From the NCBI RefSeq assembly GCF_009914755.1, contig NC_060929.1: a stretch of DNA of 64,000 nucleotides; one strand, given 5' to 3'. Numbering within the stretch: position 1 is the first letter of the stretch; the number at the start of each line of letters is the position of its first letter. A program made the position numbers and the translations under genes. This DNA is from the human T2T-CHM13v2.0 reference genome, Homo sapiens. Positions 28,599 through 42,851 of the stretch are shown here, piece by piece. Below the pieces are notes generated by a model. The model ran no database searches, was not told where the DNA came from, and saw only the letters and a list, made by a program, of their open reading frames with translations.

Positions 28599-29794
28599 AG
28601 AAATTGTTGACAGTTTTAAAATCATTTAATGAGAAACTAAAATTGGAGTTAAGAGTTCACCAATGTGCTTTTTCCAAATTATGAATTGTTCAAAAAGTTT
28701 CCATTTTCCACCTGTTGAGATCTTCATTTTGAGGTTTTTGTTTTCTACTGTGTCTAATCTACATCCCACTTTTCCAGGTGAGTATAGAGGGCTTTTTAAA
28801 ATCAATTAGAAAAAAAAAATACTGTTTTGTAAAACCCATTGCTTTGAACATGGCTGTTTAACACTTGCCTTTTGATACTTCCTGAATAAAATGTTTATAG
28901 TTTGTCGCATCATATATGTTTAATTTATTCATTTAGCCAAAAAAAGAGAGAGTGAGCAAGAATTGCAATTTAATAATAAGGATGATTCCATCTGCCTTGT
29001 CTCTTAGTATGTACCCGGGAGTGAATGGGCAGTGGGAGACATGAACCTGTTGTTCCCTTGGTTGGTTTTAGTTCTGTGTACAACTCATAAAACAAGTGTT
29101 TCTCTGTATAATATATTTATTTTTACAACATGACCCTTAAAAACAAGCCAACAACTGAAAAAAAAGTTAGCTGTCCGCAGCATTGGAAGAAAAACTGGCT
29201 GTGCCATACTTACTGGAAGAGAATATGTTGGTCTATAATTGGTTTTTCTAGGATAATTTCAACAAATATGCAATTTATGCCTTATATGTTAACTTTAGAA
29301 CTAACTCCATCATAAGATGTGACTCCTCAGTGTTGAGTGCCTGCTAGATGCCAGGCACGGTGAGGTCCTGAAAGGATGAAAATTTAGTTTTGTCTTTCAA
29401 ATAACTCTCAATCTTTTTACCTCATAAGTAAGGAAGGGCAGCTACAGGTAATGGGAGAGAAAGAGAAGAGTATCATAAAATTAAATAGGCAAATACTTAT
29501 AAGTTGCTATAAGATGACCTAAAGTAGTTATTTTGGATGTTGCTAGCTTAAAAAAAAGCGGGGCGGGGGTGGGGCGGGGTTGGAATCAGTAAGTCTTTCA
29601 ACAATGTTGTATGTGTGGAAGGGACTTGGTAAACTCTGTTGGGACTAAAGTAACCATAAGCAAGTGTTTCTATCCAGAAGGATCTCATACAATTCTATAG
29701 AATTTTCAGATATGCTAGTCTTGACAGTGCTACTTGAGTATCATGCCATTTTAATTGTACCTGTCCTTGCATCATACATAATGTTTTCCTTTAG

Positions 29795-29915
29795 GTTTCT
29801 ATATATGCTGTACCAGAAAAGATTGGTCAAGTTCATTATGCCTTGGAAACAACTGTGAAGCTTCTTGAGTTTTTTCAAAACTACTTTGAAATTCAGTACC
29901 CACTTAAGAAATTGG
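29795..29915 (+). CDS. LNPEP: LNPEP exon 5 (121 nt)
   Basis: ctttag|GTT...TTGG|gtaaga; [40 protein letters not shown]. Confidence 0.97.
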
Positions 29916-30593
29916 GTAAGAATCAAATAGTGTGTCTGATTTTTGTTATAATTAGAACCTAGATTTATTTTGTGAATTTTTTTAGAAAGAGGTTCTGCCC
30001 AAGTTGTTTGCAGAGAAAACCAAAAACCATTATTAATGCTTTAAAAATTGTTTGTATTTGTTAAGATTATTTAGATTTCATGAAATCTGAAGTTGGAGCT
30101 TAAAACACTTAAGTTTATAGGGCTGCTAAAAAGGTGCTGTATAAGTGGGAATTTGCTTATGGCTTAGTCTGCAATTTGACTAATTCTAACTTCCAAGAAA
30201 TACCCTATTTAAATAATAAAAACTGAGTAACGGGAGCTCAGGAAAGCAAGAACATTTCAGTGCTGTTCAACATGGAGCTAGTCCTAGAGAGTAGAGTATT
30301 GGCCGTGAACTTTGTCCTTCTTGCTCTGGGAAGCTGATTGATTGTAAAGGAATTAGGCATCTCTTTCTTCACTAAGGGACAGTGGAACAGTGACTCTAAA
30401 AGGGTTTGAACAGGTCTTCCTCAGCTGACATGTGGGTAGAGAGCATACAGAGCTAGAATAAGGAAGATTCCATTTATTGTGAGTATAAAAAGAATTCATT
30501 GCTTTCACAGTGATAAACCATTGAATAAAATACTTTGAGTAGAAAATGCCTAAGATGAGGGAAAGTTGATCACTTATTTCCTGTTATGTCCAG

Positions 30594-30748
30594 ATTTGGT
30601 GGCTATTCCTGACTTTGAAGCAGGAGCAATGGAAAATTGGGGTTTGCTCACCTTCCGAGAGGAGACACTTCTGTATGACAGTAACACTTCTTCAATGGCG
30701 GATAGAAAGCTGGTGACTAAAATCATTGCTCATGAGCTGGCCCACCAG
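30594..30748 (+). CDS. LNPEP: LNPEP exon 6 (155 nt) with GAMEN (30623-30637) and the HELAH zinc motif (30731-30745)
   Basis: tccag|AT...CAG|gtatta; [28 protein letters not shown]...IIAHELAHQ. Confidence 0.98.
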
Positions 30749-31603
30749 GTATTAGCAACCAAGGCTGTTCTGTGTCACACCTGTGGTCTACTTCATGTCC
30801 TGGAGTTATTGTTAGCATTTAGATGCTAATAATTCTTTTTTTTTTTAAGCATTGCCTTCTTTTATAATAGAAAGATGCTTTTTAAACACAAACTTCATTT
30901 TCAAATGAAAATGCTATCAGATGTTTGACTTTACAGGTTAAAGCATTTTCACATCTGTCTTACTTCGCAACTTCTCTAAGGTGGGTATTAATCACATTTT
31001 ACATATGTGAAAACTGAGACTCAGTTTAAATAAATGGCTTGCCATAAGTCATACAGCTAATAAGTGGCAGCACTGGGCCATGAAGAGCCACTATCTCTTC
31101 AAGATCTCTTTTTCCCCCTCAGTAATACACAGCTGCATCACCTATGACAAATGCCCATTGCCCAGTATAACTTTGTGGGGAAGAATCTCTTTCCCTAAGT
31201 TGCACCCTTCTGACAACTCAAACTGTAGCTGTCAGGGCTGGATTTTTTTTTTTTTTCATCTCCTGCCGGAATGGGGTTCTCTGTTAATTTTGGAGAGGGG
31301 GTTTCTGAGAAAATGGCAAAGGGTACTGTTTGTATGACATGGAGAGAAAGAAAGAAAATTATATGGGTACATAGCACCCCCATTCTTCCCTAACACCTTG
31401 TCTCTATTTTGCCCTAGATGAGGTGCTTAACTAGCATTGGGTATGGTTTGGGTGATGTCATGACAGTGGCAGGATATGAATAGGATGTATTCTGGTCAGC
31501 TTATTTTCTACATCAAACACCTTATATGAATCTAGCCTTTGTGAAGACTTCATGACAAGCTGGCATATGAGCACATTCTCATTTGCTTTAAAAATAGGGC
31601 ATG

Positions 31604-31891
31604 GGCCAGATGCAGTGGCTCACGCCTGTAATCTCAGCACTTTGAGAGGCGGAGGCAGGCGTATCACAAGGTCAGGAGATCAAGACCATCCTGGCCAACA
31701 TGGTGAAACCCCGTCTCTACTAAAAATACAAAAATTAGCTGGGCGTGGTGGTGCATGCCTGTAATCCTAGTTACTTGGGAGGCCGAGGCAAAAGAATCAC
31801 TTGAACCCAGGAGGCAGATGTTGCAGTGAGCCGAGTTTGCACCAGTGCACTCCCGCCTGACAACAGAGTGAAACTCCATCTCAAAAAAAAA
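31604..31891 (+). mobile_element. AluSc-like
   Basis: Full Alu with tcacaaggtcaggagatcaagaccatcctggccaac; TSD-like aaaatagg(g/t)cat flanks. Confidence 0.93.
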
Positions 31892-32278
31892 TAGGTCATA
31901 TAGATAAGATGTCTTTTGGGGGATCTCCTCTAGGTCTGTTATTTCTGAAGCCACCCATCACCATTTGGGAGTATTTCTCTGTTATTTCCTCTTTAGGACT
32001 TAGAAATCATCTTCCTCTGAAACAGGTTTTAAAATAACATCTTAGAAAAATGTTATTGTAATTCTCAAAGGTGTTTTGTTTTATGCAGTAACCTCGTCCT
32101 TTCGCTGCTGATTTGAGATAAGCCCAAGACCACACTGACCAAATTACATATTTTACAACTACTTTTCATTTCAAGGATTTTTTTAGATACATTTTTTAAG
32201 GAGAATCTCCTATTATTTTTTTCCTTTTTCTTTTCTTTTTACTACCTCATAGAAGAAAATATTTAAAGCTCTTTCTGA

Positions 32279-32598
<320 letters not shown>

Positions 32599-33164
32599 GT
32601 ATATGTCAACTTAGTCTTAAGGAATGTTGTTTGAATTCTGTTTTGAATCATGCATATACTGTCTTCAATTTGGGCAACTGAGGAGAAACAAAGTATAGGC
32701 TTTCTGATTACAGGAAAATCTCTCACATAGAGACTTTTTAGTTGTCATGGGTGGTTGTAGATACAATGGAAAATAATCTTACTAACTTGATATTAGAAGG
32801 TAGAAAAATGTCATTATCTTGGAAATCTCACTTTATGAGGTGGCCGAAAAAAGTTTTTATTTCCCTATATTCATGCTATATTGCATGTTTGTTACATTGA
32901 TAAATATGCTAATAACCTTTCTTGCTTGTTTCCCATTCAGTTAAGGTAAAAGATTAAAAATTATATTTTATTTTTAAAGTAAATTTATACAACTTTTGTA
33001 AGTTCTAAATTAATTTGAATATAGTTTGTTTTAACTATAGTATCAGTATATCTTTAAGATATTGTAATCAGGTTATAGATAATTAATATGACACTTCAGC
33101 CAATTATTTAAAAAATTCCTGAGGCTGTAAATATCCTGTGGGTTAATTGTTTTCTCTCCCCCAG

Positions 33165-33278
33165 TGGTTTGGCAATCTGGTAACAATGAAGTGGTGGAAT
33201 GACCTATGGCTAAATGAAGGTTTTGCCACTTTCATGGAGTATTTCTCTTTGGAAAAAATATTCAAAGAGCTTTCTAGT
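33165..33278 (+). CDS. LNPEP: LNPEP exon 7 (114 nt) with the third zinc ligand Glu487 (33216-33218)
   Basis: cccag|TGG...AGT|gtaagt; [38 protein letters not shown]. Confidence 0.98.
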
Positions 33279-34788
33279 GTAAGTACAGGGTTTCTTTGGC
33301 CTACTATGAATGCTAGGAGGAAAAATAGTCAAATCACATTTTCATGTATTTTCTGTGCATCTGGAGTAATGAAAATGTTTCTAGGAAGGTATGCCAAACT
33401 TGACTTTGGTTATTGATATCTATACCTTTTGAGATTTGACAATGAAAGGGATGCTATTATTTACTGATGTGTTTCATTCAAAACTGAAATTATATAAGAT
33501 TATTTTATATTTTTGTCATTAAGATGAACATTTTAAATTGTTTTGCAACATTTTCTTTTAAACAGCTATAGTTCTTCTGCTTGCAGGAATTTAAAGTTGC
33601 AAAGTCTAATTAAAATTTTTTTATCCTGTGTAAAATTTAAACTTTTTTATCCTGTGTAAAAATTAGATAAAAAATTAAAACATTTTATAACAATACTGTT
33701 TCTCTATTATCACTGTGTACATTCTTGTGATAGTGATATATAGCTTGGTACAAATAAATAATTTGCCCTTTTTAAGGTACAAACCACATTTTATGCCTTT
33801 TTCCAAAGACAAGGAATACCGTTTCAGTACAGAGAAGTATAATAGTGGTGTCACTATGGTATTAGACTCTTGGGAAATATTTCCAGTACTTAGGGATATT
33901 CAAACACACTAGGCCATGATATGACAGATATTGTCAAGATAATTCAAACAATAGGTGGGAAAGTGTAAAGATACCTTCCAACCCCCAAATTTTTTGACTT
34001 TCTATTAAACTTCCTGATGTTATAATCCAAGATGGCTTTTAAAACAGAAGTACTCTTAAGAGCTTTTGATTTGAAATTTTAGATAGGGCTTGTTGAAAAA
34101 TTTCAAGTGGTAGGGGAAATTAATTGATGTTAATTAATATCAAGTGGTAGCTAGAATACTAAGAAAGATATTCTAAATCCATGTATACTACTTAATTAAG
34201 TAATGAGATACACAGTTTGACCACTTGGTGGTGCCCAGAATGTGTAAAAAGGTCTAATACATGTTCTAGGGGAGCTCATCTGCTGAGCTCTTAAAGAATT
34301 ATTTCTGTTTAAGAGTTACATTTTATTTAAAACCGACCTCAGGTAAGGGAAATGTATATTTTCTTAGTAGAAATTCTAGACTATATATAAGAAATCAGCG
34401 TAAGAACCAGTTTTTGTTCTTTCTCTTTTTAAATTTCAAGTTTCATTTAAAAAAATATATGCTAACCTTTTTAGAATATTCATCTTGGATACTCAGAGTT
34501 GGCATTTGTTTACTTTGGTAATAGATTCTTAATTTTCCCATATGCTGTTGTTTAGGAAATGCTAATTTTAATGTGGCCAGGTTATAATTGTATCTTTAAA
34601 TTTAAGGAATATTCATGAAGTTTACAATCTTCCTACATTTTTGAAAGCTTATATCCTGAAGTTTAGTGACACTGGTCATTTTTTCCTAATGATATTTCAC
34701 ACTAATTAGTCTAATTCACATAAATAATTTACTATACTTTTGCATTTGATACTACTTGTGATATTCTAATCTTTTCATTTTTTGACAG

Positions 34789-34920
34789 TATGAAGATTTC
34801 TTAGATGCTCGATTTAAAACCATGAAGAAAGATTCCTTAAATTCATCTCATCCAATATCATCATCTGTTCAGTCTTCAGAACAAATTGAAGAAATGTTTG
34901 ATTCTCTTTCCTATTTTAAG
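34789..34920 (+). CDS. LNPEP: LNPEP exon 8 (132 nt) with catalytic Tyr549 (SYFK)
   Basis: gacag|TAT...TTTAAG|gtattg; YEDFLDARFKTMKKDSLNSSHPISSSVQSSEQIEEMFDSLSYFK. Confidence 0.97.
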
Positions 34921-37107
34921 GTATTGCTGTGAACAAAAAGGTAGCTGGAGTGGGTTTAAAATTTCGTATAATTTCGTATGTGAGCAAGCTGTGTGATTTA
35001 GATTATTTTAAAGATTAAATGTTTTTCAGGTATTAATGGTAAACTATAAAATGTTTGCTTCTGTATAAATCTTGGTCATAACTTTTTTGTGGGTTTTTTT
35101 CTTTCTCTGACTCTAACTTAAGTTGTATGACTAGTATTCCAGACAATTAACCAGATCTTATAGCGATGCATCTTTTAAAGTCAGTTTACTCTCCAGATCT
35201 ACAGGTAGAATATGTTCAGAGAAGGTCCTAAGTAAGCTCTTGGCTGTGTTACTCAGAATTGAGGTATGCTGTCAGGTCAGGACTGCCAAAACAAGTAAGC
35301 AAAAAGAGATTTTAAGAATTGAAGATTCGATTTTAGAATCTGAAACACACGCCCTGGGTTTCAAGGTAAAGAAAAAGCAGAATGTTAAACCCCATTCGGA
35401 TCACCATAGGTCGGAGAATAGAAGAATAGTGATAACGGTGTCATTCACATTTATGTTGTGGGGAGGGATGAATGTTATGGCTGTCAGACAAGATAGAGAA
35501 GAAAATACACAAAATGTGTGAGATACAGTCTATGTCATCAAGTAGCTGAAAGTTCAGATGGTTGGTACTTGTGGAGCAATAAGAGAGGTAATATGTGCTG
35601 AGTGGGACAGAATTTTTGCCTAGGATAATGAAGAGAAACTTTTGGGAGGTAAATGGGAATTGAGTTGGCTTAAATAATTAAAATATAGGTAAAGAGGAAT
35701 GTGAAGTATAGGGTAGGGCAGGAATGGAACAATGAGGTCTGCAAAGAAAATGAAGTACTAATGGGCAAGTGATGTTTTTTCAGAGAGTCAGTGTTTGACC
35801 ACAGTGGAAGCCACACGTGAAGAGGGAAAAGAAGAGAAAGTTGAGTGGGGCCCAGTTGTAGAAGGCTCTGGATACCATAAGGAATTATTTTTTTCCTATG
35901 CAACAGGAAGCTTGAAAAGACTTTTGAACAGAGGAATGACTTGATTAAAGTTACTATTTAGGAAAAGTATTTTGGTTTCAGTTTATAAAGTAGATTTAAG
36001 TGGGGAGAAACGTAAAGTCAGGAAATTGCTGCTAAAGTCCAGGCATGAAATGGTAAAAGTTTGAAATGAGGAGTGCTAGTAAGGGTGGAAAGAAAACAAT
36101 GGGTATAAAAAATACTGGGCAGGGAAAGTACTTAAAGTATTAGTGACAGGGTAAGGCCAGTAAAGAAAGAGGCAGAAATGTTTTTCAGGTTCAAACCTGA
36201 CTGACAAGAAGAATTATTGTACAGGTACTATTAACAAACAAGAAAATCAGGAGTTCAGTTAGCTATATTAAATCTATTCCAATTAGAGCTACTGGTGTGA
36301 TTTTTGAAGACCATAGTGGACCTGTCAATAAAGAAAATTTAAAACTTGAGGTTCTGTTATTATACCAAACTTAGAGCAGTTATTTCAGGATTTGAAAACC
36401 TGCTTAAAATGCTCTAAGTTTATTATATAATAACAGAACAGAGTCATAACAGAGTTCTGTCTGCCACTGACCCAAACCCTCTAAACCCAGAATTCAGTGT
36501 CTTCTGAATATGTAGTTTCCATATCATTGTCAACCCCTGTCAACATGGTAACTACTTGTTTCAGAATTGGGAATTTGGCAAAAATATTCTGTGTAATTAA
36601 GAGAAGTGGGATACTAGATAACTTATCAGTATTGTGTGCAAGAAGGTAAGCACCAGCAGGGAAATACGTTTAGCAGACATATTCTGTTTGGTCTTTATAA
36701 TCATCAAGCCTAATTCTGATGCAGGTTGCCTTGCAAGAATTCATTCATTTAGCAAATCTTACAAATACTAACCATATACCAGCCATTGTTCTAGGTGCTG
36801 GGGTTATATCAGGGGACAAGGTGGACTTTGTCTCTTTTGTGAAGTTTCCATTTCAGGGGTCAAAGGTAGAGACTGACTGTATACAAATGAATGAATAAGT
36901 AGGTATTGTGTTAAGTAATAAGTGCTAATATGAAAATAAAGCATGATAAGGGAAATGAGAATGACAAAGGAAATGGTGTTTATAATATAATGTGGTTGAG
37001 AAGCCCTCCTGTATGGTGACATTTGAACACCATCTAAGGCATGAGGAATGTGGTTTTCTTGGGGAAGAATATTCCAGGTAGAAGAAATAACCAATGTATA
37101 GTGCTTG

Positions 37108-37643
37108 TGTGCAGAAAAGAATTAATATAGGAGGCCTGAGACTGCTATTCTTTGAAAGACCTGCTTGCAAGGTTGGCCCTTGGGTGGCATGTGGGAACTT
37201 GGGTTTTGGGAAATTTCCCACTATTGCATGATAAGAGTGGCTCACTGTGCCTAAACAATGTAGTTTATGCTGAAAATGTGATTTCCTTCTGGGTGTCTGG
37301 AGTTTTGGTATGTGCTAGGCAGAAGGTACCTTCGTGACTAGCCCACAGTAAACAGCCTGGGTGCTGAATCTCTGATGATCATCCGTGGTAGATGGCATTT
37401 CACACATGCTGTCACAACTTTCTGGAGGAATTAAGTGCATCCTGCATGATTCACTGGGAGAGGACTTGGAAGTTTGTGCCTGGTTTCCTCTGGACTTTGT
37501 CCCATGCATCTTTTTTCTTAGCTGATTTTACTTCATATCTTTTCACCGTAATAAATCATAGCAGTGAGTATGACTATATGCTGAGTTCTGTGAATCCTTC
37601 TAGTGCATCATCAAACCTGGAACTGGTCTTGGGGACCCCCACA
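37108..37643 (+). mobile_element. MER68-like ERVL solo LTR, sense to LNPEP
   Basis: Starts TGTGCAGAAAAGAATTAATATAGGAGGCCTGAGACTGCTAT, ends GGGGACCCCCACA; AATAAA at 37550-37555. Confidence 0.8.
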
Positions 37644-38635
37644 TGAGATATGAGATTGAGAGAGATACGAGATTGAGATAAAAGGTTGCTTTGCATGTTC
37701 AAGCACCAGCAAGGATCCAGTGTTATCTGAAGTAGAGTAAGCAGAGGAGAAAGTAGTAGATGAAGTTAGAGGGACTGTAAGAGGCCAGATTATTATAGGG
37801 TCTGCTAAGCCATAGTAAGGACCTTGATTTTATTCTAAGTGAAACGAAAAGCAATTTGATCAGGGAAGTACCGTGATATGGCTTATTTTGTAAAAGATCA
37901 CTCTAGTCTTCAACAGTACATGGAGTAAAGAGGACTAGTTAGGAAGTTATTGTAATAGATGGGTGGCGAGATAATGGTAGCCTGGACAAGGGTGGAAGTT
38001 GTGAAGGTGATGGAGGTACAACTGGACTTGGAGTGTGTTTTAAAGATTGATCCAGTAGAATTTGTTCATGGATTAGATATGAAATACGAGAGAGGGGTCA
38101 GGGTAACTTTAAGATTTTTACCTGAACAACTGGAAAAATGGAGTTGCCATTTGCTGAAATGGAGAAGACTGCTTTAGAAGTAGGTTTAGGGAAAGAAGGG
38201 GGAAGAAACTTCCATTTCTAAGTGACTATGAGATATGGATTAGATATCCAAATGGAGATACCACACAGGCAGTTGGATATGGGTCTGAAATTCAAGGGGG
38301 AAGAAGTCTGATTAGATATATAAATCAGGGGATCATTTGGAAACCTTGGAGTTGGGAGATCAACTAGGAAGGAAATTTAGATAGAGAAAAGGGGTCCAAA
38401 GATCAGATGCAAGGACACACTTTCTTCATTGGAAGATGAGGAGGATTCAGTAGACGAGACCGAGAAGGATGGCCAGTGAATAGGGAGAGAATCAAGAGTA
38501 GTGTCTTGCAGCTCTCAAGGAGGAGCAGGTGATCAGTTATATCAAATGCTATCAATAGGTTGATAAGATGAGCCTGAGAATTCACATTTGTATGGCACCA
38601 GGAAGTTTACCAGTGACCTTGATAAAAATACTTCC

Positions 38636-38940
38636 GGCCGGGCATGGTAGCTCACGCCTGTAATCCCAGCACTTTGGGAGGCCAAGGTGGGTGGATCACC
38701 TGAGGTCAGCAGTTCAAGAACACTCTGTCCAACATGGTGAAACCCCGTCTCTACTAAAAATACAAAAATTAGCTGGGCGTGGTGGTGGTGCCTGTAATCC
38801 CAGCTACTCAGGAGGCTGAAGCAGGAGAATCGCTTGAACCCAGGAGGCGGAGGTTGTAGTGAGCGGAGGTCGCACCACTGCACTCCAGCCTGGGTGACAA
38901 GAGTGAGACTTCATCTCAAAATAAATAAATAAATAAATAA
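38636..38940 (+). mobile_element. AluSx with a (TAAA)n tail
   Basis: ggatcacctgaggtcag; aaaatactt TSD-like flanks. Confidence 0.95.
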
Positions 38941-40191
38941 ATACTTACAGTAGAGTGATGATTAGAAGATGGCTCAAGAGAAAATGGAAAGAGAGCAAAT
39001 GGAGATGGCAAATTGAGGACAACTCTTTTGAGGAGTTTTACTACAATGGGGGAACAAAAAAACAGCACGGTAACGAGTTGGTAACGAGGAGGGTGAAGTT
39101 AGGGAAAGGTAGAGAGTCTTTTATTTGTTTAAAATTAGGAATGTTACATCGTTTTTGTTTTGTTAATGGGCATGTTACAGTATGAAGGGAAAAGTTGGTG
39201 ATGCAGAAGAGAAAGGACTGTTGGGGACAACAGTGAGTACTTAAATTTATAGAACAAGTAATAGCTATGAAGTGTGATACAGAAATGAGAGTAATAGGTA
39301 ATAATTTAGTTATGTGTACAATAATCTTGACATTACTACATTTTTATCAAAAGTGAAATTCATTCAAAAACTACTAGAGTGCCTACTATGTAGTGGGCAT
39401 TGTTTTTGTCATTGGAGTTGAGTTTTCACTTTTTCCTCTCAGCTTACTGCATAGATGAGGAAATAAATGTGTAACAGATACAGGATGCCATATAAATTGT
39501 ATTGAAGATGGAGAAATGTGATTTCTATTTCAAACCGGGAAGGTCTTCACAGAGGAGGTGGTGCTTATTTCAGGATTGGGAATGATGACAAGCACATCAA
39601 TGGATATAGTGTGGCCTTAATATTATGCTCCCTGCCCTATACATTTGTTAGTTCCAAGCATTTGAAGTGACTCTGCAGGAAGAAGAGAGATTCTGGTTAC
39701 TTCACAACACAATATACTAAAATAAGAAATTAATGACCTACCTAGCAGGGAGACTTTTGAGAGCCTTGTCAATTTATTGTGTCTCCAGCACACAATAAAT
39801 TCAATGGGTGATTTAAGCACTGGGGATGGAGGTGTAGGTGCCACAGAAAATTTGGCATGTTTTTCTATTAAAATGTTTTTATAAATACTTAGCTTTTCAA
39901 CACTAACATTGAAACAGTGAGTATACCAATAGACCACACAGAATGACTCATGGTTAGAATAGTGCACATGGGAATCTACTCATTAATTCTTTTTCAAATC
40001 CTTTAAAATAATTTTAAGACAGTTGAACACAGTCCACATCTATATGAGACTAAGTAGCAGTATATTATAACTAAGTTCTACATATGAAAGTAAATTTTTA
40101 GAATGACTGTAGTTTGAATTTTAGATTCCCAATTCGATAATCTATAGTATTCTATTATTTTCTTTCTTTTTCCTCATTTTTTTTTTAATAG

Positions 40192-40323
40192 GGATCTTCT
40201 CTCTTGTTGATGTTGAAAACTTACCTTAGTGAAGATGTGTTTCAACATGCTGTTGTCCTTTACCTGCATAATCACAGCTATGCATCTATTCAAAGTGATG
40301 ATCTGTGGGATAGTTTTAATGAG
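40192..40323 (+). CDS. LNPEP: LNPEP exon 9 (132 nt)
   Basis: aatag|GGA...GAG|gtaagt; GSSLLLMLKTYLSEDVFQHAVVLYLHNHSYASIQSDDLWDSFNE. Confidence 0.97.
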
Positions 40324-41009
40324 GTAAGTGACCTGGGTAATTTATGTAGCTCTTACTGTAAAAAGAGAGGAGTTCGTCTATTTATACTTTTTAGCATGTG
40401 TGTAAGTTAATCTGTGGTACAAAGCATAGTTATTTAAGAAAGGGGGGGATGGAGCTTGCTATATAAATATTTATGAATGGAGCACTAAATTTTATGTCAA
40501 GAAATGGGAGTGCTGTTCTTAGTTGTTGGAAAAGACGTGTGTGGGCTTGGGTAGCCAGTTTTTTTTTTTTTTCCTGTACCTTAACTTCTATTCCTATTTT
40601 GTAGGAAAGTTGTCTTCTCCGTATTAATGAATATTACTATATTTTCATTATTTGACTTTTTTTCCAGAAATCTCTTTTCCTATCCTTACCCTTTTAGTTT
40701 TTCTGCCTCTTTTGAATGATTCTGTACTCTGCTCTATGAATCTCTTGCCTTTGTGACTGTTCCTCCAGAGTAGATGATACATCACAAGCTGACTGCATAT
40801 TATCCTTGGATGATTTTGCTGTTGGAATTTTGTCATTCCTGGAAATATTCTAGCAAGCAGTGTAATTATGTAGAAGTTACACTTCAAAGCAGCACATGAA
40901 CCCGGGCTGCTTCATGCATGTATACTGACTGCAAAACCCTTATAAGCATTTGTGTTTGTTACCCTGATTTAGATTGATGGGTCATAATACTTTGAAAGAT
41001 CACAGATTT

Positions 41010-41419
<410 letters not shown>

Positions 41420-42823
41420 TTAGGAACCCCTGCTCTGGATCTTTCTCATACACTCTTTACTGCTTCTTTGCCTCATCTGAATCCTGATACTTTCTAGCTG
41501 TTAGTCTTTTGCCCAGAAGATATACCTTCCCTACTCTCTGAATTCTCTTTGAGAACTTATTACCTAACAGTTGTTCCCAAATCATTGTTTTTTTCCTCTG
41601 ATCATATAGTAGTATTTCAATTGAAAGCCACATTGTTTACTTTATACTTACTGTCTTAATCTGTTGGCATTTAGAACATATTTCTGCCGTTCTCATTGAC
41701 TGCAACTTTTGCATCATGGTGTTTTTCCATCCCAAACTAGTTCCTAACATTATCCTCAGGTTTTTCAGCACCCACATCAAATTATGCATTGGCCTCTTCA
41801 CTTCAATACTGCTTCGACACCCAAAAGCACCTTGGTTTTAGGCAAGCTTATTTTCTTCTAATCCTCTGGTTCAGAAATAAATAGGTCAGAGCCATGATAA
41901 ATACAAGTTTAATTAAAATGGGAAGATTTGCTCCATCCTTTTGTGCTTTAAATAAATGGGCATATGGTGATTGAGGTGAGGCCTGCCATAGTAGAGTGAT
42001 TTTATCAATTTAGGTACATCATGACTTTGTTGCTTACAATTCAAATTCATATATAATCTAGAAAAATAATTTGAATCCTGAGTTTAACCCACCTGCTTTA
42101 AAGAGACTGTTGTTCAAAAATTGCTTCTTAGTTATTGATACTAGATGTCTTAGGGGCTTTGGGCCTTAGAGGGTCTGCAAAGCTCTGACACTAGGTTCTA
42201 GATTTTATAGATAACTTCATATATTTTCTGGGAAAGAAGGGCTGTGACCACTAAAGTAGTTTACCACTGTTTTCTAGAAAGACTTAAGGCAACTGACCTG
42301 TTCATATGTCACTCTTCTGCTGCCGCTGCTCCCTGGCACTCCCACAGTATTAGGTCCTAAGAGACTATCATTGTGGAGGTGGAGGGTAGGAGCATAAAGA
42401 GAAACCCAGACTCAGGTGCTTCACAGGATTGAGTAGCAGTGTTTCTGATTCTAGACTGTATATCATTATTCATATCTTGTAGATGTTAGTATTGTGATTT
42501 GAAAGAATACTTATACCTTCTTAGGGATTTTAACTTGATGAATTTAGGGATTTTAATGAATTCTTAGTTGGTTGATATATGTGCCACTTCTCAACCTAGT
42601 GCCTCCCTCACTCCCTTAGCTATCACTTAGCTCTGTTCCAGGTTACATTCCTTTTAGCAGTTGCTCATTTACCTAGATTAGAAGTGTAAACTCAACATTC
42701 ATGTTTCTTTTTTATATTAACATTAAATGTAGTCTTTATAGATGGTAGGAAAAGAGGGAAGGGTACAGATAAATTAAAATGTAAAATTTTTTAAACCAAT
42801 TTTTATTTTTAAGGAAAAAGTTT

Positions 42824-42843
42824 TATATATATATATATATATA
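42824..42843. repeat. (TA)10 microsatellite in the exon 10 acceptor region
   Basis: Read directly; followed by ttttgtag|exon 10. Confidence 0.95.
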
Positions 42844-42851
42844 TTTTGTAG

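Larger units (their letters stand above)
36740..39240 (-). mobile_element. L2 relic interrupted by a MER68-like LTR and an AluSx
   Basis: Antisense L2 3' end ttcattcatttagcaaat...tgttctaggtgctgggg; the minus-strand peptide [15 protein letters not shown] resembles L2 RT. Confidence 0.8.
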
